Under the pieces are notes generated by a model. The model saw nothing but the letters and a program-made list of their open reading frames with translations. It was not told the DNA's origin and ran no database searches. From Alphaproteobacteria bacterium (lineage in GTDB: Bacteria > Pseudomonadota > Alphaproteobacteria > UBA828), in contig CBDCRW010000006.1 of NCBI GenBank assembly GCA_965221125.1, positions 352,001-416,000 of the forward strand: a stretch of DNA of 64,000 bases, read 5' to 3'. Within the stretch, counting starts at the first letter, position 1, and every line of letters starts with the position of its first letter. Of this stretch, positions 52,825-62,823 are shown piece by piece. The position numbers and the translations under genes were made by a program.

Positions 52825-54759
52825 ATGGTGGACGTGCAGATCGAGCGGCCGACCACGTCCGTCACGGACGATGCGGCGGCCCTCGCCGATCCTGGCGTCT
52901 CGCTGGAGCGCGGAGTCGCGGCGCTGCGCAAGGCGCTGGCGACGATGCCGGCGGGCGCCGGCGTCTACTGCATGCGCGACCGGCACGAGAAGCCGCTCTA
53001 CGTCGGCAAGGCCAAGAGCCTGAAGAAGCGGGTCGCGACCTACGTCAACGTCCGCACGCTGCCCGTCCGCCTGCAGCGCATGATTGCGGGCACCGCAGCG
53101 GTCGAGGTGATCACGACCGAGGGCGAGGTCGAGGCGCTCCTGCTTGAGAGCAACCTGATCAAGCGGCTCAAGCCGCACTACAACATCCTGCTCCGGGACG
53201 ACAAGTCCTTCCCCTACATCCTGCTGCGCCGGGGGCATACCTGGCCGCAGATCACCAAGTATCGGGGCGCCAAGAGCGCGGACGGCGACTACTTCGGCCC
53301 GTTCGCGTCCGCCGGCGCCGTCGACCTCACGATCAACGCGCTGCAGCGCGCGTTCCCGCTGCGCTCGTGCTCGGATTCGGTGCTGGAGAGCCGCACCCGG
53401 CCCTGCCTGCAATACCAGATCAAGCGCTGCACGGCGCCCTGCGTGGGGCGGATCGGCAAGGCCGACTACGACGGGCTGGTGGAGGAGGCGCGGGCCTTCC
53501 TCGCCGGGCGCAGCAGGGAGGTGCAGAGCCGGCTCACCGAGCGTATGACCGCGGCGAGCGACGCGCTGGAGTTCGAGACGGCCGCGGCCTACCGCGACCG
53601 CATCAAGGCGCTGGCCCACATCCAGATGCGCCAAGGCATCAACCTGCCCACCATGGGCGATGCGGACGTGGTCGCGATCCACGAGGAGGCGGGCCAGGCC
53701 TGCGTGCAGGTCTTCTTCTTCCGCTCCGGCCAGAACTACGGCAACCGGGCGTTCTTTCCGCGCCACGCGGCGGACGAGCCGGCGGAGGCGATCCTCCGCG
53801 CCTTCATCGGCCAGTTCTACAGCGCGCGGGAGGCGCCGCCCGTCGTCCTGGTGAACCGTGCGCTGGCGGAAGCTCCGTTGATCGAGGAGGCGCTCACGCT
53901 CAAGGCGGAGCGGCGGGTCAGGCTCCATCGGCCCCTGCGCGGCGCAAAGCGCAAGCTGCTGGAGGATGCCGAGCGCAACGCGCGGGAGGCGCTGGCGCGC
54001 AGGCTCGGCGAAAGCACGGCGCAGCGCCGCCTTCTGGAAAGCCTGGGCCAGAAGTTCGGGCTGGAGAACGCGCCGGAGCGGATCGAGGTCTACGACAACA
54101 GCCACATCTCCGGCACCGATGCGGTGGGCAGCCTGATCGTGGCGGGGCCGGAGGGCTTCATCAAGAACGCCTACCGCAAGTTCACGATCCGCGCGACGGC
54201 GGCACAGGACGAGGCTGCGCCCGGCGACGACTACGCCATGATGCGCGAGGTGCTGACGCGCCGCTTCTCCCGCCTCGTCAAGGAGGACCCCGGCCGGGCC
54301 GGCGAGTCGTGGCCGGACCTCGTGCTGATCGACGGCGGTGTGGGCCAGCTAGGCGAGGCGTGCCGGGTGTTCGCCGATCTCGGCATCGCCGACCTCGCGG
54401 TGGCGGCGATCGCCAAGGGGCCTGAGCGCAACGCGGGCCGCGAGCGCATCTTCCTGCCCGACCGGCCGCCGCTGGCGCTCGGCGCGCGCGACCCGCTGCT
54501 CTACTTCCTGCAGCGCCTGCGGGACGAGGCGCATCGCTTCGCCATCGGCACCCACCGGGCCAAGCGGGCCAAGGCGCGCTCCCGCTCCGCGCTCGACGAG
54601 ATTCCGGGCGTGGGCCCCAGGCGCAAGAAGGCGCTGCTCCACCGCTTCGGCTCGGCGCGGGGGGTGAGCCAGGCGGGCCTCGCCGACCTCGAGACCGTGG
54701 ACGGCATTTCGCGCACGGTCGCGCGCGCGATCCATGACCATTTCCGCGCCGATCAGTAG
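52825..54759 (+). CDS. uvrC: Excinuclease ABC subunit C
   Basis: GIY-YIG GVYCM..YVGKAKSL, LRDDKSFPYI, RIEVYDNSH, LIDGG, RDEAHRFA, HhH tail; start uncertain. Confidence 0.97.
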   Translation: MVDVQIERPTTSVTDDAAALADPGVSLERGVAALRKALATMPAGAGVYCMRDRHEKPLYVGKAKSLKKRVATYVNVRTLPVRLQRMIAGTAAVEVITTEGEVEALLLESNLIKRLKPHYNILLRDDKSFPYILLRRGHTWPQITKYRGAKSADGDYFGPFASAGAVDLTINALQRAFPLRSCSDSVLESRTRPCLQYQIKRCTAPCVGRIGKADYDGLVEEARAFLAGRSREVQSRLTERMTAASDALEFETAAAYRDRIKALAHIQMRQGINLPTMGDADVVAIHEEAGQACVQVFFFRSGQNYGNRAFFPRHAADEPAEAILRAFIGQFYSAREAPPVVLVNRALAEAPLIEEALTLKAERRVRLHRPLRGAKRKLLEDAERNAREALARRLGESTAQRRLLESLGQKFGLENAPERIEVYDNSHISGTDAVGSLIVAGPEGFIKNAYRKFTIRATAAQDEAAPGDDYAMMREVLTRRFSRLVKEDPGRAGESWPDLVLIDGGVGQLGEACRVFADLGIADLAVAAIAKGPERNAGRERIFLPDRPPLALGARDPLLYFLQRLRDEAHRFAIGTHRAKRAKARSRSALDEIPGVGPRRKKALLHRFGSARGVSQAGLADLETVDGISRTVARAIHDHFRADQ

Positions 54760-54900
54760 AGCGTTTCCGTGTCACACGGAAACGATCTACAAATTTATCG
54801 CTCACGGCAGCCGGCTTTCAGCCGGCGCCTGCGCGGGCGCGGCCTGTCGCGCGTCCGTCAAGAATGGACGCGCTCTGAAGGCGCCGAGGTCCCGGAGACC

Positions 54901-55503
54901 GTGAGCGAGGCCGATCCGCTGCGCGTGGCAAGCTGGCCCAACGCCGTCACCGGGCTCCGCATCGTCATGGTGCCGGTGCTCGTCGGCGCGTTCTTCATCG
55001 AGGGAGCGAGCGGACTCTGGCTCGGCTTTGCGGTATTCGCCGCCGCCTCCGCCAGCGACTTTTTCGACGGCTGGCTTGCACGGAAACTCGATCAGCACTC
55101 GCTGCTGGGGCGCATCCTCGATCCCATCGCCGACAAGCTGCTGGTCGCGGCGGCGCTGGTGATGCTGGCCTGGGACGAACGCGCGCCGGTGATCGCCGTA
55201 GTCGCGATCCTCGCCCGCGAACTCCTGATCTCGGGGCTCAGGGAGGCGCTGGCGGGCAGCGTGGCGCTCCCGGTCCAGCGCCTCGCCAAGTGGAAGACCG
55301 CCGCCCAGATGGGCGCCATTGCCCTGCTGCTCCTCGCCCCTGCCATCTCACCGCTGCTGCCCGGTGCGGCGGGGGAGGGACTCGCCACCGCCGGCGAGGC
55401 GCTGCTATGGCTCGCGGTGGTGCTGACCTGGGGCAGCGCGATCGGCTATGTTCGGGCTGCCGTGCGGGGGCTTGGCGCCGCCCGGCCGCGCGAGGAGGAC
55501 TAG
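54901..55503 (+). CDS. pgsA: CDP-diacylglycerol--glycerol-3-phosphate 3-phosphatidyltransferase
   Basis: PNAVTGLRI, DFFDGWLAR, GRILDPIADK, AKWKTAAQM; follows uvrC. Confidence 0.93.
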   Translation: MSEADPLRVASWPNAVTGLRIVMVPVLVGAFFIEGASGLWLGFAVFAAASASDFFDGWLARKLDQHSLLGRILDPIADKLLVAAALVMLAWDERAPVIAVVAILARELLISGLREALAGSVALPVQRLAKWKTAAQMGAIALLLLAPAISPLLPGAAGEGLATAGEALLWLAVVLTWGSAIGYVRAAVRGLGAARPREED

Positions 55504-56052
55504 GTGCGACGCTTCGGGGTCACGGGACTGAGCGACAGCGGCAAGACCACGCTGGTCTGCCGGCTGCTGCCGCGGCTGCGCGCGCGTGGCCTGCGCGTGG
55601 CCACCGTGAAGCACGCGCACCACGGCTTCGACCTGCTGCCCGAGGGGCACCCGGCCTGCGCCTGGCGGGCTGCCGGCGCGCGGGACATCGTGCTGGCGGC
55701 GCCCGACCGCGTCGCGCACCTCCGCGAGACTGGCGATGACGGGGAGCCGCTGCTGGAGCGGCTGCTGGAGCAGGTGGAGCCGGCCGACCTCGTGCTGATC
55801 GAGGGCTACAAGCGCGGCGGCCACGACAAGATCGAGGTGCGGCGGGGCGCGACAGAGGCGCCGCTGCTGGCGGCCGCGGACCCCACCGTGGTCGCCATCG
55901 CCAGCGACCGGCCGGTGCCGGAAGCCGCCTCGCTCGGGCGCCCGGTGCCGGTGTTCCGGATCGACGACGTGGCGGCGATCGCGGCGTTCGTGGTGTCGCA
56001 CTGCGGCGCCGGCGATGGCGCGGACCCGGAGCGGATCCGTGGCGCAGCTTAG
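55504..56052 (+). CDS. mobB: Molybdopterin-guanine dinucleotide biosynthesis protein B
   Basis: GLSDSGKTTL, TVKHAHHGFD, DLVLIEGYK. Confidence 0.9.
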   Translation: MRRFGVTGLSDSGKTTLVCRLLPRLRARGLRVATVKHAHHGFDLLPEGHPACAWRAAGARDIVLAAPDRVAHLRETGDDGEPLLERLLEQVEPADLVLIEGYKRGGHDKIEVRRGATEAPLLAAADPTVVAIASDRPVPEAASLGRPVPVFRIDDVAAIAAFVVSHCGAGDGADPERIRGAA

Positions 56053-57295
56053 CGACGACTGCTTCGCCTTCGGCGGCGCGCTGACCCCGGCGGCGGAGGC
56101 GCTCGCGCAACTGGGGAGCGTCGTCCATCCCATCGCCGAGACCGAGACCGTCGACCTGCGCGCGGCGAACGGGCGCATCCTGGCGGAGACCGTGGTCTCC
56201 GAGCGCGCCGTGCCGCCGCACGACAATGCCGCCGTCGACGGCTACGCGGTCTTCTTCGACGACCTCGATGCGGCGGGGGACACGCGCCTGCCCTGCACCG
56301 GGCGGGCCGCCGCCGGGCACCCCCTCGGCCGCGCGGCCGCGCGCGGCGAGGCGATTCGCGTCTTCACCGGCGCGCCCATGCCGCCCGGCCCGGACACCGT
56401 GCTGATGCAGGAGGACTGCCGCGTGGACGGAGACGCCGTCATCGTCCCGCCCGGGATCAAGCGGGGCGCCAACCGGCGCAACGCGGGAGAGGACATCGCG
56501 CCCGGCACGACCATCCTGACCGCCGGCAGGGCGCTCCGGCCGCAGGATGTCGGGCTCGCCGCTTCGGTCGGGCGCAGGGCGCTCACCGTCTTCAGGCGGC
56601 TTCGGGTGGCGATCTTCTCCACCGGCGACGAGGTCCATGAGCCGGGCGCGGCGCTCGGCGAGGGCGGCATCTACGATTCCAACCGCTACGTCATCGCCGG
56701 CCTAGCGGAGCGGCTGGGCTGCGCGGTCACCGACATGGGCATCCTGCCGGACGATCTCGACACGATCACCGGGGCGCTGGCCGCGCGAAGCCGCGATCAC
56801 GACCTGCTGCTGACCTCCGGCGGGATGTCGACCGGCGACGAGGATCACGTCAAGGCGGCGGTGGAGGCGCTGGGCCACCTGCACTTCTGGCGCCTCGCCA
56901 TCAGGCCGGGGCGGCCGATCGCGCTCGGGCAGGTCGGCCGCGTGCCCTTCATCGGGCTTCCCGGCAACCCGGTCGCCGTCATGGTCACGTTCCTGCGCTT
57001 CGCGCGCCCGCTGATCCTGCGCCTGGGCGGCTGCACGGACGTGGAGCCCGCGCACTACCGGGTGCCCGCGGGCTTCGACTACCGCAAGAAGAAGGGGCGG
57101 CGCGAATGGCTCCGCGCCAGGCTCGCGACGCAGCCGGACGGCACGCTCGGCGCCGAGAAATTCGCGCGGGACGGCGCCGGCATCCTCACGTCGGCGGTTT
57201 TCGCCGACGGCCTGATCGAGCTGCCGGAGGATCTGACGACGCTCAGCGCCGGCACAATGGTCGACTTCCTGCCGTTCAACGAGATGTACCGATGA
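56039..57295 (+). CDS. moeA: Molybdopterin molybdotransferase
   Basis: PPHDNAAVDGYA, FTGAPMP, STGDE, YDSNR, TSGGMSTG, GLPGNPV. Confidence 0.96.
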   Translation: MAQLSDDCFAFGGALTPAAEALAQLGSVVHPIAETETVDLRAANGRILAETVVSERAVPPHDNAAVDGYAVFFDDLDAAGDTRLPCTGRAAAGHPLGRAAARGEAIRVFTGAPMPPGPDTVLMQEDCRVDGDAVIVPPGIKRGANRRNAGEDIAPGTTILTAGRALRPQDVGLAASVGRRALTVFRRLRVAIFSTGDEVHEPGAALGEGGIYDSNRYVIAGLAERLGCAVTDMGILPDDLDTITGALAARSRDHDLLLTSGGMSTGDEDHVKAAVEALGHLHFWRLAIRPGRPIALGQVGRVPFIGLPGNPVAVMVTFLRFARPLILRLGGCTDVEPAHYRVPAGFDYRKKKGRREWLRARLATQPDGTLGAEKFARDGAGILTSAVFADGLIELPEDLTTLSAGTMVDFLPFNEMYR

Positions 57296-57552
57296 CATTG
57301 CTCTATTTCGCCTGGGTCCGGGAGCAGATCGGCCGCGACGCGGAGGAGGTCGCGCTGCCTGCGGACGTTCGGACCGTGGCGGCGCTGCTCGAGTGGCTGC
57401 GGAGCCGGGGCGACGGCTACGCCCGCGCGCTGGAGGACCTGTCGGTGATCCGCGTCGCGGTCAATCAGGAGTTCGCGGCGCCCGACCACGCGGTGGGCGA
57501 CGGTGACGAGGTCGCGCTGTTCCCGCCGGTGACCGGAGGAGCGGCGTCGTGA
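57292..57552 (+). CDS. moaD: Molybdopterin synthase sulfur carrier subunit
   Basis: LLYFAWVRE, AVNQ, EVALFPPVTGG followed by an AAS extension. Confidence 0.93.
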   Translation: MTLLYFAWVREQIGRDAEEVALPADVRTVAALLEWLRSRGDGYARALEDLSVIRVAVNQEFAAPDHAVGDGDEVALFPPVTGGAAS

Positions 57553-58007
57553 TCCGCGTCCAGAGAGAAGACTTCGACATCGGCGCCGAGATCGAGGCGC
57601 TGACGGGCGGTGACGACGAGATCGGCGCCGTCGCGTCCTTCGTCGGCATCACGCGCGCGGACGCGGGCGAAGGCCCGGCGATCACGGCGATGACGCTGGA
57701 GCACTATCCGGCGATGACCGAGCGGCAGCTCGCCGCCATCGAGGCCGAGGCGCGCGAGCGCTGGGACCTCACCGCCTCGCTGATCGTCCACCGCTACGGG
57801 CGGCTCGAGCCCGGCGAGCGGATCGTGCTGGTGGTGACCGCGTCGTCCCACCGCCGAGACGCGCTCGATGCCTGCGCCTTCCTGATCGACTGGCTCAAGA
57901 CCAAGGCGCCGTTCTGGAAGCGGGAGGAGACCGCCGACGGCCCGCGCTGGGTCGCCGCGCGGGCGGCCGACGACCGGGCCGCCGAGCGCTGGCGCGGCGC
58001 CTCGTGA
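57549..58007 (+). CDS. moaE: Molybdopterin synthase catalytic subunit
   Basis: GAVASFVG, LEHYPAM, HRYG, SSHRRDA, LKTKAPFWKRE. Confidence 0.96.
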   Translation: MIRVQREDFDIGAEIEALTGGDDEIGAVASFVGITRADAGEGPAITAMTLEHYPAMTERQLAAIEAEARERWDLTASLIVHRYGRLEPGERIVLVVTASSHRRDALDACAFLIDWLKTKAPFWKREETADGPRWVAARAADDRAAERWRGAS

Positions 58008-58065
58008 CCGCGCCGCCGAGGTCGTCCCGATCCTGACACCCTCTTGAGACGGACATAACTCTCGC

Positions 58066-59010
58066 ATGTCGGGCGACGAGCGGATTCTCGTCATCAAGCA
58101 CGGCGCGCTCGGTGACTGGGTGCTTGCCACCGGGTGCTTCGCGGCGATCCGCCGCCATCATCGGGCCGCGCACATCACCTTGCTGACGACGCCGGCCTTC
58201 GCGGACCTGGGCGCGCGCTGCCCGTGGTTCGACGAGGTGTGGACCGACGAGCGCGCGAGCGTGCTGGCCAAGCCGCTCGATTGGCTCAGGTTGCGTCGGC
58301 GCCTGATCGACGCCCGATTCGCGCGCGTGTACGACCTCCAGACGTCGAGCCGCACGGGACACTACTTCCGCATGATGCCACGCCGCCGTCGCCCCGAATG
58401 GTCGGGCGTGGTGGCCGGCTGCTCGCATCGCCTCCGCAATCCTGGGTGGGCGACCAGGCATTCGGTTGCGGTTCGGGCGGAACAGCTCGGCATGGCGGGC
58501 ATCGAGGATGTGCCTGCGCCTGCGCTCGATTGGCTGGACGCCGACATCGACGCGTTGGCGCTGCCCGACTCCTTTGCGTTGATCGTCCCCGGAGGGTCGG
58601 TGCACCATCCCGAGAAGCGATGGCCTGCCGAGCGCTACGCGGCGCTCGCTGGGCTCCTGGCGGAGCACGGCCGCCCGCCGGTCCTGATCGGCACGGACGC
58701 CGAGGCACCCGTCCTGGACAGGATTTCGCGAGAGGCGCCGGGCGCAATCGATCTATGCGGCTGCACCAGCCTCGCCCAGATCGCCGCCCTGGCGCGGCGC
58801 GCGACGTGTGCTGTCGGCAACGATACGGGTCCCGTTCACATCGCGGCCACGGCCGGCTGCCCCACCGTGGTGCTGTTCGGGGACGGCTCCGAGCCTGAGC
58901 GCAGCGCGCCGTGCGGAGAGGCCGTGACGGTGCTCCGCCGGGTGCCGCTCGCGAGCCTTGCGGTCGAGGACGTTTTCGGCGCCACCCAACGGACCTGGGG
59001 AAGCGCCTGA
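58066..59010 (+). CDS. Glycosyltransferase family 9 (heptosyltransferase-like)
   Basis: ILVIKHGALGD, YDLQ, PEKRWP, GNDTGPVHIAA. Confidence 0.92.
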   Translation: MSGDERILVIKHGALGDWVLATGCFAAIRRHHRAAHITLLTTPAFADLGARCPWFDEVWTDERASVLAKPLDWLRLRRRLIDARFARVYDLQTSSRTGHYFRMMPRRRRPEWSGVVAGCSHRLRNPGWATRHSVAVRAEQLGMAGIEDVPAPALDWLDADIDALALPDSFALIVPGGSVHHPEKRWPAERYAALAGLLAEHGRPPVLIGTDAEAPVLDRISREAPGAIDLCGCTSLAQIAALARRATCAVGNDTGPVHIAATAGCPTVVLFGDGSEPERSAPCGEAVTVLRRVPLASLAVEDVFGATQRTWGSA

Positions 59011-59028
59011 CGGTGCCCTGCGACCGCC

Positions 59029-60282
59029 ATGCTCCCGTCTTCGAGAAACCGTGGCGCCGAGAGCGCCGAAGCCCAGGCCCCGCGCAAACCGAGGGTGATC
59101 CTGCCAACGATATTCTGCGCGTTCGCCGCACTTCTGCCGATCGTCGCGGTCGTGGCGCCCAAGGGCACGGTGGTGCTCCTGCTGCTGGCCGCGATCCTCG
59201 CCGCCCCGACCTATTGGTGGGCCTGCAGGCGGTTTCCGGTTCCCGATTTCCGAATTTCGATCGCTCTCGTTCTCCTGCTCGCGTGGTGCGCCATCGCGTC
59301 CGCGTGGAGCGTCGAGCCTATGCAATCGCTGGTGCTCGCCGTTCGCATCGCCGTGATCGTCGCGGCCGGCATGATCCTGTTCGCCGCGTCGGCCGCCCTG
59401 GACGGGGCGGCGAAAATGCGTGTGGGGTTGTGGCTGCTCGCAGGCGTCGCCATCGGCCTGGCCTACATGGCGGTGGAAATCGGGCTCGACTATCCGCTGC
59501 TTCGCGCGTTCAAGGAGCCACGTGGCGGGGGCGAAGCGGTCTGGTTCAATCGCAGCGCCGTCGCGCTGGCGCTGATCGTGTGGCCGGCGACCGCCTATCT
59601 CTGGGACCGCGGCGTCGGCTGGAAGGCGCTCGCCATCCCGATTGCGCTCGGCATCGGCTCGGTGTTCCTTGAGAGCGAGTCGGCGACACTCGGCTTCGCG
59701 TCGGGTGTCGCGATGGTGTTGTTGACGGTCGCTATTCCCAGGGCCGGGCGAACGATCTCCATTGCCGCAATCGTGCTGGCGTTTGTCGCCATGCCGTTCG
59801 CGGCGAGGGAACTATATCGCCACGGATGGCACCGGGCCGACTGGCTGATCAGCTCGGCTCGGCACCGCGTGGAAATATGGGACTTCACCCTCCAGCGCAT
59901 TGCCGAAAAACCGCTCCTGGGATGGGGATTTGACGCGGCGCGCCATCTGGAGACGTCGTACCCGGAGACCGGCGCGACGGGTCGCACGCTGGCGGCGTTG
60001 CACCCGCACAGCGTGCCCCTTCAGATTCTGCTCGAGCTCGGCGCCGTCGGTGCGGTCATGGCGATCGGGCTGTTGTGCCTCGTCGCGATGCGCCTGGACG
60101 ATGTCTCCGGCCGGGCGCGGGCATTCGGGCAGGCCGCTCTTGTCGCCGCTCTGGCCATGGGTACTGTTGCTTACGGTGCGTGGCAAAATTGGTGGTTCGC
60201 CCTGATTGTTTCGATCGCCCTTCTGGTGCCGCTAACGGCCGTGTCGCCTGCCGGGCACGAAGGCGGAAACCTGCGGCGCTAA
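59029..60282 (+). CDS. O-antigen ligase (Wzy_C) family membrane protein
   Basis: Many TM helices; HRVEIW..IAEKPLLGWG..LHPHSVPLQILLELG. Confidence 0.88.
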   Translation: MLPSSRNRGAESAEAQAPRKPRVILPTIFCAFAALLPIVAVVAPKGTVVLLLLAAILAAPTYWWACRRFPVPDFRISIALVLLLAWCAIASAWSVEPMQSLVLAVRIAVIVAAGMILFAASAALDGAAKMRVGLWLLAGVAIGLAYMAVEIGLDYPLLRAFKEPRGGGEAVWFNRSAVALALIVWPATAYLWDRGVGWKALAIPIALGIGSVFLESESATLGFASGVAMVLLTVAIPRAGRTISIAAIVLAFVAMPFAARELYRHGWHRADWLISSARHRVEIWDFTLQRIAEKPLLGWGFDAARHLETSYPETGATGRTLAALHPHSVPLQILLELGAVGAVMAIGLLCLVAMRLDDVSGRARAFGQAALVAALAMGTVAYGAWQNWWFALIVSIALLVPLTAVSPAGHEGGNLRR

Positions 60283-60286
60283 GGCG

Positions 60287-61345
60287 ATGCGCATTGCACA
60301 GATCATGCTGGCGCACCGGCTCGGCGGCGGAGAGCAGGTCTTCATCGATCTGTGCGGCGCTCTCGCGTCGCGCGGGCATGAGGTGCTCGCCATCGGCGCA
60401 GCAGAGAGCGATGCCATGGACGCCCTCGATCGGCGCTCCGATCTCCAGTGCGCGCGCGTGCGGTGCCACGGCACCTGGGATCCGCTGTGCCGGTGGGCGA
60501 TCGGCCGACTGCTACGGCGTTTCGAGCCGGATGTGGTGCAGCCTCACATGGGCCGAGCCAGCGCGCTTGGCGGCGCGGCTGCCCGCTCGTCCGGATACCC
60601 GACGCTTGCCATGCTGCACACGATGATCCAGTTGAAGTACTACCGCGCCATCGATCTGTTTGTGCCGACGACGTCGGATCAGGAGGCATATCTGCGCGAG
60701 AACGGCGTATCGGCCGATCGCATAGAGCGCATCCCGCATTTCCGTTCGCTGGAGCCGGTTGCCGCCGCCAGGGCGCCACGGCAAACGAACGGCGTGGTCA
60801 AGACCCTAGGCCGGTTCGTGCGCAAGAAGGGGTTCGATGTTCTGCTTCATGCGGTTGCGCACGCCGCCGCGCAAGGCTCGACGTTCCGCCTGGAAATCGG
60901 CGGCGACGGACCCGAACGTCAGTCATTGAAGGCGCTGGCCAGGCAACTCGGCATCGAGGATCGCACTTCGTTCCCCGGCTGGGTCGACGACGTTGCGGCT
61001 TTTCTCGCCGATGCGGACCTGTTCGTGCTGCCTTCGAGGATCGAACCGTTCGGCATCGTGATCCTGGAGGCGATGGCCTGCGGTGTCCCCATTGTCGCCA
61101 CGCGCGTCAGCGGCCCGCTGGAGACCCTCGACGAGCAAACCGCTCTGCTGGTTCCATCCGACGATCCGGTGGCGATGGCGGAGGCGGTGATGGCGTCGTT
61201 CGCTGCGCCCGATGCGGCGGAGACCCGCGCCCGGGCGGCGCTCGCCTCATTCAAGGCGAGCTACGCCGAGCCGGCCGTCATGGAGCGCTACCTCGATGCC
61301 TGCAGACGGCTCGCGGAGCGCGATGGAGAGGGCGCGAGAGGCTAA
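60287..61345 (+). CDS. Glycosyltransferase family 4
   Basis: GGGEQ, GRFVRKKGFD, PSRIEPFGIVILEAMA. Confidence 0.93.
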   Translation: MRIAQIMLAHRLGGGEQVFIDLCGALASRGHEVLAIGAAESDAMDALDRRSDLQCARVRCHGTWDPLCRWAIGRLLRRFEPDVVQPHMGRASALGGAAARSSGYPTLAMLHTMIQLKYYRAIDLFVPTTSDQEAYLRENGVSADRIERIPHFRSLEPVAAARAPRQTNGVVKTLGRFVRKKGFDVLLHAVAHAAAQGSTFRLEIGGDGPERQSLKALARQLGIEDRTSFPGWVDDVAAFLADADLFVLPSRIEPFGIVILEAMACGVPIVATRVSGPLETLDEQTALLVPSDDPVAMAEAVMASFAAPDAAETRARAALASFKASYAEPAVMERYLDACRRLAERDGEGARG

Positions 61346-62223
61346 TCCCGCCCACGCACCGTGGCCGCGTAGTCCGCCATCAGGGTGCGGGTGACCGGCC
61401 CGACCTGGAAATTGTGATCGTCGATGGCGCCGACCGGCGTCACCTCGGCGGCGGTGCCGGTCAGGAAGATCTCGTCGCTCTTCGCAATCTCGTCCGGCAT
61501 GACGGTGCGCTCGACCACCTCGTAGCCGCGCTTCTCCGCGAGCTCGATTACCGTGCGCCGGGTGATGCCGTCGAGGAAGCAGTCCGGCGACGGCGTGTGA
61601 ATGACGCCGTCCTGCACCAGGAAGATGTTGGCGCCCGTCGCTTCCGAGACGTACCCGCGCCAGTCCAGCATCAGCGCGTCGTGGCAGCCCTCGCGCTCGG
61701 CTTCGTGCTTGCTCAGCGTGCAGATCATGTAGAGCCCGGCGCATTTGGCCTTCACGGGCGCGGTATCCGGCGCGGGCCGGCGCCAGCGCGCGGTCTTGAG
61801 CTTGATGCCCCGCGTCACTGCATCCTCGCCGAAATACGCGGGCCATGCCCAGGCGGCGATCGCCACGTGGATCGTGTTGTGCTGCGCCGAGACGCCCATC
61901 ATCTCCGCGCCGCGCCAGGCGACCGGACGCACGTAGCCGTCGCCGATGCCGAGCGTCTCGACGACGAGCCTGGAGGCCTCGACCAGCTCGTCGCGGCCGA
62001 AGGGGATCTCGAAGCCCAGCGCGTCGGCGGAATCCAGCAGGCGCTGGGTGTGCTCCTCGACCTTGAAGATGCGCCCGTCGTAGACCCGCTCGCCCTCGAA
62101 CACGCAGCTCGCATAGTGCAGGCCGTGGCTCAGCACGTGCAGCTTCGCTTCGCGCCAGGGAACGAGCGCACCGTTGTACCAGATGACTCCGTCGCGATCG
62201 TCGTAGGGGATGAGGTCGGCCAT
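61342..62223 (-). CDS. ilvE: Branched-chain amino acid aminotransferase
   Basis: PYDDRDG, HGLHYASCVFEG, EATGANIF, LDGITR, FLTGTAAEVTP. Confidence 0.95.
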   Translation of the reverse strand: MADLIPYDDRDGVIWYNGALVPWREAKLHVLSHGLHYASCVFEGERVYDGRIFKVEEHTQRLLDSADALGFEIPFGRDELVEASRLVVETLGIGDGYVRPVAWRGAEMMGVSAQHNTIHVAIAAWAWPAYFGEDAVTRGIKLKTARWRRPAPDTAPVKAKCAGLYMICTLSKHEAEREGCHDALMLDWRGYVSEATGANIFLVQDGVIHTPSPDCFLDGITRRTVIELAEKRGYEVVERTVMPDEIAKSDEIFLTGTAAEVTPVGAIDDHNFQVGPVTRTLMADYAATVRGRD

Positions 62224-62295
62224 GGCGCTCACTGATGGTCGCAGGTGGGCAGAAACTTGTTGCGCTCCCTATCATCGGCCTGCATATAAGTCAAC

Positions 62296-62778
62296 GTGAC
62301 TGACGTAAAGGCCGGGCCAAATCCGCTCTACCTGCGCGAGGATCAGCTTCACGAGGCGATGGAGCTGCTCTTCTTCGCCTATCGCGACTTCACGACCGAG
62401 TGCGATGCGATCCTGGCGTCCCACGGCTTCGGGCGCGCGCATCACCGCGTCGTCTATTTCGTCGGCCGCAACCCGGACATCTCGGTCACCGCGCTGCTGG
62501 AGATCCTGAGGATCACCAAGCAGAGCCTCTCGCGGGTGCTCGGCCGGCTGGTGCGCGAGGGGTTCGTGACGACCCGGCAGGATCCCGTCGACGGTCGCCG
62601 CCGGCTGCTGGCGCTGACCGCGAAGGGGCGGAGCCTGGAGGCGCGGCTGTCGGCGACCCAGCGGGCCCGCATCGCCAAGGCCTACCGCAGCGCCGGCGGC
62701 GTGGCGGTGGAGGGGTATCGGGAGGTCCTGATGGGGATTATCGACGAGGCCGACCGGCGCCGCTTCGAGCGACCCTGA
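62296..62778 (+). CDS. MarR-family regulator (PetP-like)
   Basis: ELLFFAYRDFT, GRAHHR, ITKQSLSRVL, DGRRRLL. Confidence 0.92.
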   Translation: MTDVKAGPNPLYLREDQLHEAMELLFFAYRDFTTECDAILASHGFGRAHHRVVYFVGRNPDISVTALLEILRITKQSLSRVLGRLVREGFVTTRQDPVDGRRRLLALTAKGRSLEARLSATQRARIAKAYRSAGGVAVEGYREVLMGIIDEADRRRFERP

Positions 62779-62823
62779 GGGCGGCGTGTCCGATCGGCCC
62801 AGCCGGTGGGGAGCGATACGTCG

